DNA from: the human T2T-CHM13v2.0 reference genome, Homo sapiens
Reading direction: 5' to 3' (one strand)
NCBI RefSeq assembly: GCF_009914755.1
Contig: NC_060936.1
Length of the DNA stretch: 64,000 bases
Part shown: positions 49,899 through 64,000 of the stretch, in pieces
How the letters are laid out: the number at the start of each line of letters is the position of its first letter
Position numbering within the stretch: position 1 is the stretch's first letter
Program-made: the position numbers and the translations under genes
Notes under the pieces: generated by a model
Told to the model about the DNA's origin: nothing
Seen by the model: only the letters and a program-made list of their open reading frames with translations
Database searches by the model: none

Positions 49899-50846
49899 CA
49901 GGCAATTTGAAATTCACTTCTAGGCCTGAAGGTAACATGGAGATGAAAGTTTTGATGTTATCCAGCCAGAGGTCAGCAAGGAAGTCATAAGATTGGAAGG
50001 GATGACAGGAAGAAGGAGAAGTTGTTCACAACTGAATGGAGTCTCTAACAGAGAACAGAAGAATTAGCCAGTAAATAGTTATTCAGCTAGTGGAGTTGAC
50101 AAATATAGGAATGAGAGTACAGGTAATATAGCAGCAGAAAGGAATTTGTTGTGGTAATTTTTAAATAACATGAATGAAAGAGAAAAGAGGTTAGACCAAC
50201 CCAGTCCCAAAGTTCTAAGAAAAAGTCCTTCTATTTATTGGTTTGATGCGCAAATGTTTCTTGATGGCAGAGACCAATAGTTTGAAAGCCAACCTACGCA
50301 GATCAAGGGAGAATACCTCTTTAGCTTTAATGTATACTACTTTCAAACCTTAGCAACAGGGGTTAATGTGCAATGCCTTAATTTCCAGAGGATTTTTACC
50401 ATGATAATGTTGAGTTACATAGACCAATGGTTGTAAAAATGTAGCAGTCAATAATCTTTAAATCTCTTGCTCTCAAAGTTATTAGCTAATTTCTGGGATT
50501 TAGCTGTGACTCCTCTCCCTATCTCAGTCTCAAGCACATTTCATCTTCACTATTACAAAGCAAACATGTTGTCCCTTAGGAAGATATTCCCTGTGCCACG
50601 TAAAATCACCAACTGTGAATATTTCTCAGGCATAATTGTTCATTTAGCCACTTTACCAACACACAAATCCAACTGGAACATTCAAAAAGAGAAAGGTAGT
50701 ATAGAGCTTGTTTCGGAGATCCTTTCCTATTACTCTTGGCTGTCTCTGTTAAGTCAGCCCAGGGAAATTCTACTCCTAGATTACTCATGCACTCTTTCAA
50801 AAAATTATTTCATGTAAGCTTTGGAAAATTGGATGAAATATTCCTA

Positions 50847-52420
50847 CAAGCTACCATTGACTTTCTTCACAAAACTAGAAAAAGTTACTTTAAATTTGAT
50901 ATGGAACCCAAAAAGAGCCCATATAACTAAGACAATCCTAAGCAAAAAGAACAAAGCTGGAGGCATCAGGCCACCTGACTTCAAACTATACTAAAAGGCT
51001 ACAGTAACCAAAAAAGCATAGTACTGGTACCAAAACAGATATACAGACCAATGGAACAGAACAGATAACTCAGAAATAACACCACACATCTACAACCATC
51101 TGATCTTTGACAAACCTGACAAAAACAAGCAATGGGAAAGGATTCCCTTTTCAATAAATCGTGCTGGAAAACTGGCTAGCCATATGTGGAAAACAGAAAC
51201 TGGAACTGTTCCTTACACCTTATACAAAAATTAACTCAAGATGGGTTAAAGACTTAAACGTAAGACTTAAAACCATAAAAACCCTAGAAGAAAACCTAGG
51301 TAATAACATTCAGGACACAGACATGGGCAAAGATTTCATGAATAAAACACCAAAAGCAATGGCAACAAACCTGAAATTGACAAATGGATTCTAATTAAAC
51401 TAAAGAGCTTCTGCTCAGCAAAATAAGCTATCATCAGAGTGAATAGGCAGTGTACAGAATGAGAGAAAATTTTTGCACTCTATCCATCTGACAGAGGTCT
51501 AATATCCAGAATCTACAAGGAACTTAAACAAATTTACAAGAAAAAAGCAACCCTATCAAAAAGTGGGCAAAGGATATGAACAGACACTTCTCAAAAGAAG
51601 ACATTTATGTGGCCAACAAACATGAAAAAAACCTCATCATCACTGATTATTAGAGAAATGCAAATCAAAACCACAATGAGATACCTACTCATGCCAGTTA
51701 GAATGGTGATTATTAAAAAGTCTGGAAACAACAGATGCTGGTGAGGATGTGGAGAAATAGGAATGCTTTTACACTGTTGGTGACAGTGTAAATTAGTTCA
51801 ACCATTTTGGAAGACAGTGTGGCGATTCCTCAAAGATCTAGAACCAGAAATACCATTTGACCCAGTAATCCTATTACTGGGTATATACCCAAAAGATTAT
51901 AAATCATTCTACTATAAAGACACATGCACATATATGTTCATTGCAGCACTATTTACAATAGCAAAGACTTGGAACCAACCCAAATGCCCATCAGTGATAG
52001 ACTGGATAAAGAAAATGTGCACATATATGCCATGGAATACTATACAGCTATTAAAAAGAATGAGTTCATGTCCTTTGCAGGGACATGGATAAAGCTGGAA
52101 ACCATCATTTTCAGCAAACTAACACAATACTGCATTGTGAAAACCAAATACTGCATGTTCTCACTCATCAGTGGGAGTTGAACAATGAGAACACATGGAC
52201 ACAGGAAGGGGGACATCCACACTGGGGCCTATCGGGGAATTGGTGGGCAAAGGGAGGGACGCCATTAGGACAAATACCTAATACATGTGGGGCTTAAAAC
52301 TACATAACAAGTTGATAGGTGCAGCAAACCACCATGGCACATGTATACCTATGTAACAAACCTGCACGTTCAGCACGTGTATCCCAGAACTTAAAGTAAA
52401 ATCAAAAAAAAAAAAAAAAG
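50847..52420 (+). mobile_element. 5'-truncated L1 (L1PA8-like): ORF2 C-terminus, 3'UTR and poly-A
   Basis: ORF2 remnants (51161-51394, 51817-52181), 3'UTR ggacaaatacctaatacatgtggggcttaaaac, A tail. Confidence 0.93.
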
Positions 52421-52433
52421 AATAAAAACACTG

Positions 52434-52760
<327 letters not shown>

Positions 52761-52939
52761 TCAAAATAGATTTAATTCATCATTTATGTGATAACTACTT
52801 AACACAGTATTTCATTGAAGAAAATTTTGTAAGATAACTGCTATTATTTACCCCATTTTAACAAACAAAGAAATTATATTGTTATGAGATTGAGTAACTT
52901 ACTTAGTCATACAATTACAAATACAAAATTTTTAACACG

Positions 52940-53170
52940 TATCATGCTCATTATAGGCTGGAGGTTGATCTAAGCTACTTATATACTAATATATTTAATC
53001 GTTATACTAATCCTATGAAGTAAGTAATAATACTATTCCTGTTTCCTAGATTAAGAAACTGAAACACAGAGTCATTAAATAATTTGGCCAAGGTCATATA
53101 ACAACTATGGGGCAGACTCAGTGTTTATGCTGAGCTGGTTAGGCCATGGAGTTCATCCTGTTACTGGCTA
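52940..53170 (-). mobile_element. MIR
   Basis: aagaaactgaaacacagagtcattaaataatttggccaaggtcata core. Confidence 0.7.
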
Positions 53171-53479
53171 TATTTAAAATTTGTTTACTGAGAAAAAATT
53201 AATATTAATTGATTTCAAAATATTCTAGAATTAGCCATTCTAAGAAAACCAGCAGGTAAAAGAAAAATAATAATAAAATTGAAGATTTTTCCTCCATAGG
53301 GAAAAAAATTGCAACTCTATTTTTTAATTCATATTGAAGGTGATCAACTTGTCTGATAATAGATGCAAGTCAAAGTTAGAGGAAGATGTAACTGAGCTAA
53401 CGAGAAAATATTTTGTTTGTTTGAAATGTCAGATATAGCAAAAAATATCTGAGATATTTAACATTTTCTAAAGTAATTC

Positions 53480-55580
<2,101 letters not shown>

Positions 55581-56544
55581 TAGAAAAAGAAGAAGGATGA
55601 GCAGGATGAGAAGGAGGAGAAACTGCACAGCCCAATAATCACTTGCTTTATCCAGTTTAAAAAAAAATAAAAATAAACCTCCACATGCAATCTTTTTGAC
55701 ACAGATAGCCTGAGACTAATTTATAAATCACACTAGCTAAAGTTAGCAAAATGCCCCTAGAATATCTGTCAGGCTAGAATAGCATTGATTTATGGGCTGG
55801 ACATGGTTGATTGCAAATGAGTGGTTAAATATTAAGGACAATGTGAGTGTGGGTTGGAACCAGGTTTGGGGTAAGAAACCAAAATATTTGTGCTATATGG
55901 TTTTATAAAGCATGTCTATTTGGATCATATTGGACCCTCCTAATAATCCTATGAATTAAATCACATTATAATTGCTATTATTAACATTTTGGTAACAAGA
56001 AGGAATGTCAACTACAATAAATGACTTGGCAAGTAATACTTGGCTTTGGTTTTTATCTTCTTATGCTAAATCCCAGGCGCATTTCACCACAAAGTCCTGC
56101 GGATTTGAATTAGAAATGAATGGAAATCCACAGTACTCAACGTGAATTGCAACAATAAAACGTTAAGTAAGGAATGATTAGTTTGAGGAAAGGATATTAT
56201 ATATTGCTTCCCAGAGAAAGTGATTCATAAACCAAATCCTGAAGGAACAAACTAGGATAGATTTGTTAATAGGAGTTACACAGTATCTAGATCATTAAAT
56301 AGGGAATCGTTAAATGTGTGCTGAATAATGCAAGTTATTTAAGTAATTGAGAATAGTATGAAAAAAGTCATAGAATAGGGGAGGAAGGAGATGTAAAATT
56401 TCTGTGGCAGTGTTAGTAAGAAGCCTGGCCAAGTTAAAGAAAAACATTGCTAAGTGGGGCCAACAGAGAGATCCGAGGAAAGGAGATAGAAGGGGAGGTT
56501 TACACAAGAAGGTTCAGAAACACATGTATTATCCTTAAAACAGG

Positions 56545-56780
56545 GTTAGTGCAGCCAAGGGGTGAATAGACTGGACGCTAGAATTAGACTGTCTGCCTTA
56601 ATAGACAGGTCATATTTGTTATAACTATGGAACAGTGGGTGAGTTTGTTACCTCTCCATGCCTCAGCATCTTCACAGTAAAATGGGAATAGTAACAGTAC
56701 TTTCCTCTTTTTAAGAATTAAAAGTGTCATTACATATGTGCTTATGACTGTAGCATAGTTAGCATCATATAATGTCTTAC
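56545..56780 (+). mobile_element. MIR
   Basis: ttacctctccatgcctcagcatcttcacagtaaaatgggaatagtaacagtac core. Confidence 0.65.
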
Positions 56781-57549
56781 ATTAACCAATAAGAAAAAAA
56801 AAAACAAAATTCTGTAATACCTGGTGCACTGATATTACACAATAAATTGTCACTGAAGTGTTTGACATATTGATATTCGATCCCTCTTTTAATGAAGGCA
56901 CTTGCAGTAAACACCAGCCTCTCTAAAGTTATTTTATTTATGGGTTCCTTTCAGCTCTAAAGGGATTACTGGCATTGCTTCTTTTTCTGGTGCCTATTAT
57001 TATGTGGAAGCACATATTATTGCTGCCAGACTGGTTTCAAAGCAAAATATACTTTTTCACTCAAGACTCTGTAATTTAATATTGTCTAAGGTGTAAAAGC
57101 TGGTGATATATAACAAGGACTTTTGAGCTATTTTATAATTAATTGGCCTTTTCTTCTCTTTTTTAGAATTCATTGCAGATTAAAGTAGGCATTATGATTT
57201 CAATGGAACAAAAGAGTTATCTTCAAAACATGTCACAACTGCCTGGGAAAGCTCATAATAAGAAGCTACTAATGAGAACCTGCTAATAAGCAGCTCAAAA
57301 ATACCTCAAAATAACTCAACCATGAGCTTCTCCATCCCCCAGTCCAACCTGCACACATCAAAGAGAAAAAATATGGAAGAAAATTGCATATTGATCATTA
57401 CCTGAATTTTTGTTGTGGGGAACTTTTGTTGGGCACAGTTTGAGAAGCTTAATACATATGAAAAAAGGAAAATACTTAAATGGAACAAAATGTGAGTCCT
57501 ATTATTAATAGACTGTTTCTATCTTTACCTCACTGGCTGTGAAAGCTGG

Positions 57550-57632
57550 GACAATGCTTTTCTTTTTTTCTTTCTTTTTCTTTCTTGACAATGCTTTTTT
57601 TTCTTTCTTTCTTTTTTTCTTTTCTTTTCTTT
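57550..57632. repeat. CT-rich low-complexity tract with duplicated gacaatgctttt
   Basis: Seen directly. Confidence 0.8.
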
Positions 57633-58336
57633 CGTGACCATAAACATGAATTTGATTAGACCTTGGTAGACTTACTTGTAGAATCCAGGGTGTGGGAACA
57701 CATTCCAACTAAAATTACATCCTTAATAAAGTTGGTGATAAGTATTCCTAGATAAGGTCTAAAGAGAAAGAAAACCCATTAGACTATATTGAGTATTTAG
57801 TAGATATTAGTTACATCGTGGCCCTCCAATAATGATTGTTCTTACCATTTTCCTTTAAAAAAAATCACATTTGTACCATTATCTGTTGTGTATTTTAGGT
57901 GGGGTTCCACATCCCTTTTGAAAAGAAAGGTTTTATGTGAACAATGTATCTTGGAATCAGTCCATCATAAACTTCTGACTTCTATAACTAGATCGAGATG
58001 CTCATATGACCAGTAAGAGTCTATTATAAACAATGACTTTTGCTTGTAATTTAGAAAAATGGATTTTCCTCTTACTACCAGAAGAGATGTGAGAGGTTTT
58101 GAGATCTGGAGCTTCTCCAGCCACTGTGCAATAATAAGAAGAGAGCCTGTTTGAGAATGAATCCATTTGAAATGACACCGAGAAGAAATTTTACTCAACC
58201 AAGTTTACTGTTTTTCACTTTTCATACGTTTTTGAGAACTTTCAGGAGGATGAATATTTGTAGTTGACAAAATATATTGCATGAGAAATTGTAACTCTCT
58301 TCAACCATTCACTTTCTCAAGATAAAAAGAAACAAG

Positions 58337-58638
<302 letters not shown>

Positions 58639-58867
58639 GTAACTTATCTGTACTTTTCTGATGCTAAATTGTAAGACTCATTTTTTTTTGTTGTTATTGA
58701 ACATGTTTTATAAATTTTTTAATAGACATCACTGATGTTTTACAAGCCCCTTGTGTTTAGCAAACCTATTTCTGGTGTTTTGTTTTTGGTGGTGTTTTTC
58801 TTCATGCTAATTAATTTTTCTAAGATTATTTCTGAATGTGTTCTGAACATAGGACCCAAGTATATAG

Positions 58868-58993
58868 GATATCACAGATATCCTATCACAGATATCCTAT
58901 CACAGATATCACAGATATCCTATCACAGATATCACAGATATCCTATCACAGATATCACAGATATCCTATCACAGATATCACAGATATCCTATA
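58868..58993. repeat. Compound minisatellite of gatatcaca (A) and gatatcctatcaca (B) units
   Basis: Order A B B A B A B A B A B(partial), with no mismatches. Confidence 0.96.
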
Positions 58994-60086
58994 AGTCTGA
59001 GAACTAGCTGTCATCATTTCATGGTCTTTTAAATTTTAAATCTCAAGTAGCTAAAGTCTGAATAACATTAAAATATAAATAGACATTTAAAACTAGTTTT
59101 TAGAGAAATTGACAGTGAATTCAACTACACATATGTCACATAGTAATTGAATGCATTACCACTAAACTTTTTTTTGAACAATTTCTTGAAATTCAGTCTT
59201 TAATATATGTTCCCTGTGGTTTATCAAACTCTAAATGTCTGTTTGGTAAAAACTCAAGTTAGAGATATGGTAAGTAAATGACATAGCAATGCCTTTACAT
59301 TGTACTTTTAAAATAAATTAGTGATTTCCAATTCCAGAAATAGCAGAGTGGCTTGTTTTGAAATAACCAGATCAAAGATAACATTTACAAACTCTGTGGG
59401 ATGGGGGTGAGGGAAACAGTTGTAAGAAAGCATTAGAGAGCTATTTAAGTCAGGAATAAACTTCAGAGAATTCAATTCTCCACAGTGTAATTCAACAGGA
59501 TGAGATCCAAGTATCCATGTCTTTCCCCTGCTGATATTTCCAAATCTGCATGAGTGTGGCAGTTAGAACTCAAGCAAAATGCTGTTGTGCTATCAGCTTA
59601 AGATTTCACAAAACAGAATTTTAGGTAACCCAAGTGACTGGAAATTAAAGAGGTAAGTTCTAGAAAGAAGGAAGTCAAAGCTGAGCCTACCCAAAATATA
59701 TCTATAAACTCCTCTTAATGACATGACTTACTCCTAAGCTGCCTAGCCATGCAAGAAAGTACAAAGAGCCAAGTAAAAAATCAAGCAAATAAAACAAAAC
59801 AAATAAACTAAAGCAAAATAAAAACCAAAGGACTGAAAGACCAAGAAGAGAGTCCAGGCTCTGCCAAAGCCTGGTAGGGTAGGAAGCAAAGTTTGGAGTT
59901 TGAGTCTTGCCAAATTAAAGGTGCTTAAAAAAAACCTTGAGTTTTCCAAAGTGTGCCTTACGAAGTATAAAACCAAGCCTTTACAAGTTCAAAGTGAATT
60001 ACCAGCAACTTAACAGATGCATCAAAAGCTATAAACTAAAGTGTAATAAAAAAATCAAAAAACCTCTAGTAGGATACTGTAAGAGT

Positions 60087-60270
60087 GGCCGGGCTTTTGG
60101 TATGCAGCTGTGGTCCCAACTACTTGGGAGGCTGAGGCATGAGAATCACTAGAACCTGGGAGGCAGATGTTGTAGTAAGCTGAGATCAGGCCACCACTGC
60201 ACTTGCACTCCATCCTGGGCAACAAAGGGAGATTATCCACCCACGCCACCCCCACCTCAAAAAAAAAAAA
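60087..60270 (+). mobile_element. Alu right-arm/FRAM-like monomer
   Basis: ggccggg...tacttgggaggctgaggcatgagaatcac...ctccatcctgggcaac with A tail. Confidence 0.82.
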
Positions 60271-60935
60271 ACCTGCACGAGATTGCTACAGGAAATTAAA
60301 GATGACCTAAATAAAGACATGTATCATGTTCATTAATTAAATAGCCAAATATTGCTAAGATTTCAACTGATCTAAAAAGATAAGAAGTGATTCAAGTCAA
60401 AATTCCCACAAAATGGTTTCTCGTAATAATTGATGAGTTGTGAATAAAATGTGTATAGACATTTAAAATAACTTTTGCAGCCTAAAAGAATGTTGAGTTA
60501 AAAAAAAAAAAACAGTTGAAAGGCTCCACACTACTTGTTTCAAGTCTTAATATTCCTTACTATGAAGTTACAGTGATTAAGATAGTGTTTTCTTGAGTAT
60601 ATCCAGAAAAAGAAATCAATAGAAGAGAAGGAGGTACACATATAAGGTCAGTTGCTTTCTGACAAAACACAAAGGCAATTCAATAGAGAAAGAATATTTT
60701 TCAAAAAATGGTCTTAGAACTGCTGGATATCCACATAGAAAAGAAAACTAACATCAACACCTACCTGAAGTTATACGCAAAAATTTATGTCAGATGAAAC
60801 ATATATTTAAAGTGAAGTCTTCTAAGAGAAATCATAGAAGGACATCCTAATAACCTTGGAATAGAAGAGGATTTTTTAGAAAGAACAAAATGCACCAACC
60901 AATAAAGAAAATAGATTAGAATTTATAAGAATTCA

Positions 60936-61243
<308 letters not shown>

Positions 61244-61579
61244 TTATCAAAACTAGAATTTATGCTCATCAAATCTTACTTTCAAATAAAGAAGGTAAGT
61301 CAGATATAATATTTATAATGCATGCATTTGACAAAGCATTTGTACCAGCAATAAAAAGAACTCATACAATAGCAAAAAACAACTCGAGAAATTGAGCAAG
61401 ACACATGAATAGACACTTTACAAGTGAAGATGTACAGATAGCTGGCTAACAATCACATAAGGATGATCAACACCATTAATCATCAAATTAAACTCATAAT
61501 GTGGTATCATTTCAAATTTTCTAAAATTACTAAAACTTAAAAGACATGTATACTATATATTTGGTAAGAAATACAGCTA

Positions 61580-61897
<318 letters not shown>

Positions 61898-61900
<3 letters not shown>

Positions 61901-62202
61901 CTGGCGCGGTGGCTCATGCCTGTAATACCAGTACTTTGGAAGGCCGAGGCGGGCAGATCACGAGGTCGGGAGATCAAGATCATCCCGGCTCACATGGTGA
62001 AACCCCATCTCTGCTAAAAATCCAAAAGATTGGCCGGTTGTGGTGGCGGGCACCTGTGGTCCCAGCTGCTGGGGGAGTGGGGCTGAGGCAAGAGAATGGC
62101 TTGAACCCGGGAGGCGGAGCTTGCAGTGAGCAGAGATCCCACCACTGCACTCCAGCCTGGGCAACAGAGTGAGACTCCGTCTCAAAAAAAAAAAAAAAGA
62201 GA
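61898..62202 (+). mobile_element. AluY/Sc-like, abutting the previous Alu tail
   Basis: gatcacgaggtc...gagcttgcagtgagc with poly-A. Confidence 0.9.
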
Positions 62203-62716
62203 AAGAAATATAGCTATTAGAACTCTCCTCTACTGCTGGTGGGAATATGAAATGGTACACACTCTGCAAAACTATTTGGCAGCTTCTTTAAAATTAAACG
62301 TATTTGAAGACCCATGATTCATCAATTCTGCTTTTAGATATTAAGAAAAATATTTACTTAAGAAAAATTAAAATATATACATATATATATCCACAAAAGA
62401 CTCTGCAAGAATGTTTGTAGCAGCTTAATTCTAAATAACACCAAATTGCAAATAACTCACATATTGTCATAAGAAGTCTGGATAAATAAATTGCAGTATA
62501 TTCCTATTATAGAACACAACTTAGCAATGAAAAATAATAAGATACTGATATACATCGAAATATGGAAAAGATTTCAAAAACATAGAAGCACAAAGGAATA
62601 TCTTTTATGATTACATTCATGTGAAATTCAAGAACAGGCAAAATTAAACTATGGGTAGGGATGAAAAACATAGGTAGTCTCTAGGGAACAGTGAATGGCT
62701 GAAAAGGTGTATGAGC

Positions 62717-63130
62717 ATTGGGGTACAAGTATGTGTTTAAAAACTTCTCTGTGGAAGGGAAAAACCCTAATTCACAAAATTTACTATTTGTATATTTCAA
62801 ACAACCATTGGGAAGTTGAAGTCACTGAATACAGAATCAGGAAATTGCAATAGCATAACAAAATCTAATATTTCTTTTTTTTTGTTCATGTCATCATAAA
62901 TTTATTTTCAGGCAATATGATAATATAACTTCATGAGCACAAGAGAACAGTAATATATAGTAAAATAATTATTAGTAGGATATTTTATTATACATCTATT
63001 TTGTTTTTAATATAATGTATTTAGTTGTAAGTTTAGATAATTATTTTTAATAAAACTTGTGTTTAACAAATAGTTCATAAAATTCCTGAAAAGTTGTCAG
63101 TCTTCTCTTGTAAATTTTTATAAGACATCT
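62717..63130 (-). mobile_element. MER63-like hAT relic
   Basis: tgtaagtttagataattatttttaataa...gtgtttaacaa...aaaattcctgaaaa resembles reverse MER63. Boundaries approximate. Confidence 0.55.
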
Positions 63131-63419
63131 TCAGCAAACCCTTGGAAGAGGGGACTTTCTGAGGTATTGGCAATGTTCCATGTCAACAGGAATGGTAGTT
63201 TCATGGATGCATATATTTATCAAAACTTAGCAATTCTCCACTTATGTTCATTTATCATTATATAATTTTTACCTGAAAACTACATGTTATTAATAGTATG
63301 CTTTAAGATAGGTACTTTAGGATCATAAATGCTCACTTTTTCTGGGTTCCTTGGGTGATTTTATCTGCTTATTTCTAAACTTGTAAGTTTTTCCATATTA
63401 GAGTAATAGTTCTTTAAAA

Positions 63420-63630
63420 ATATTTTATTTCTATGGAATATATATTAAAAATTGCCATTTTAACCATTTCATATGTAAAATTTTGTGGCATTAATCACAT
63501 TCATGATGATAGGCAATGACTATTTTGAAAACTTTGTTATCATCCCTCCTTCCCCCAGCCCCAGGTAATTCTAATGTACTTTCTATCTCTATGAATTTGC
63601 CTATTTTAAACACTTCCTAAATGCAAACCA
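63420..63630 (-). mobile_element. L1MB-like 3' end fragment
   Basis: ccattttaaccatttc...gtggcattaatcacattca...ctttctatctctatgaatttgcctatt. Confidence 0.7.
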
Positions 63631-63658
63631 AATGCAAACAAGTCATTCATTTATGCAA

Positions 63659-64000
63659 TGTAGGGGAGAAAAAGTTAAATCTTTTCATTACCCATCACAA
63701 GGTTCATGGCTGACACCCCTATAACAACATAGATTTACAACAGAAAAGCAGAACAAATTAATTCAACCAAAGTCTTTTGTGACATTGGGGCCTTCAGAAT
63801 GAAGACCCAAAGACACAGAGAAAACCATATTTTTAAGCTAAGTCTGATGAAAGAAGTGAGTAATGGTGGAGAAACATAAATGGACAAAAAGGGGTATGAT
63901 CTAACGGTAATAAACTGGGGGAACTCAGCAAGGCCTGTTTGTTCGGATTCTTTCCAATGTCTATGACATTCCTTCCCCCTACATATGGGGGCAGGACACC
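63659..64000 (-). mobile_element. ERV1 LTR, MER34/MER39 group, cut by window edge
   Basis: tgtaggggagaaaaag...gccttcagaatgaagacccaaagacac...ggacaaaaaggggtatgatctaa is the reverse-complement homologue of the LTR at 11549-12207. Confidence 0.75.

Noticed and set aside
58868-58993. CRISPR-like appearance of regular palindromic repeats
   Set aside because: No unique spacers, units only 9-14 bp, no cas genes, primate context.
58735-59007. 90-aa ORF with repeats (YPITDILSQISQIS)
   Set aside because: Translation of the minisatellite, with no other coding evidence.

Overview
AT-rich, repeat-dense primate genomic DNA. AluY and an HERV-K(HML-2) LTR5 point to a catarrhine, human-like genome, and the window looks intergenic or deep-intronic. 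I find no supportable protein-coding gene, RNA gene or CRISPR array; the supplied ORFs are decayed L1 ORF1/ORF2 fragments, Alu/LTR frames or short chance frames. More than half of the window is transposon-derived. It holds two near-full-length old L1s head-to-head with recognisable target-site duplications (TSDs), a 5'-truncated L1PA7-like element carrying a solo LTR5, several L1 3' fragments, about 17 Alus, solo LTRs (MER39-, PABL-, MER57-, LTR33-, MER34- and MLT-like), MIR/L2 relics and hAT DNA transposon relics. Subfamily names come from recalled consensus sequences and need RepeatMasker/Dfam confirmation. The most unusual signals are a perfect non-tandem 124-bp duplication of unique sequence, a two-unit GATATC minisatellite enclosed by a perfect inverted repeat, several fold-back/templated micro-rearrangements, and candidate spliced non-coding exons, one just downstream of a sense-oriented LTR. 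I could not support a genuinely new multi-component biological system.
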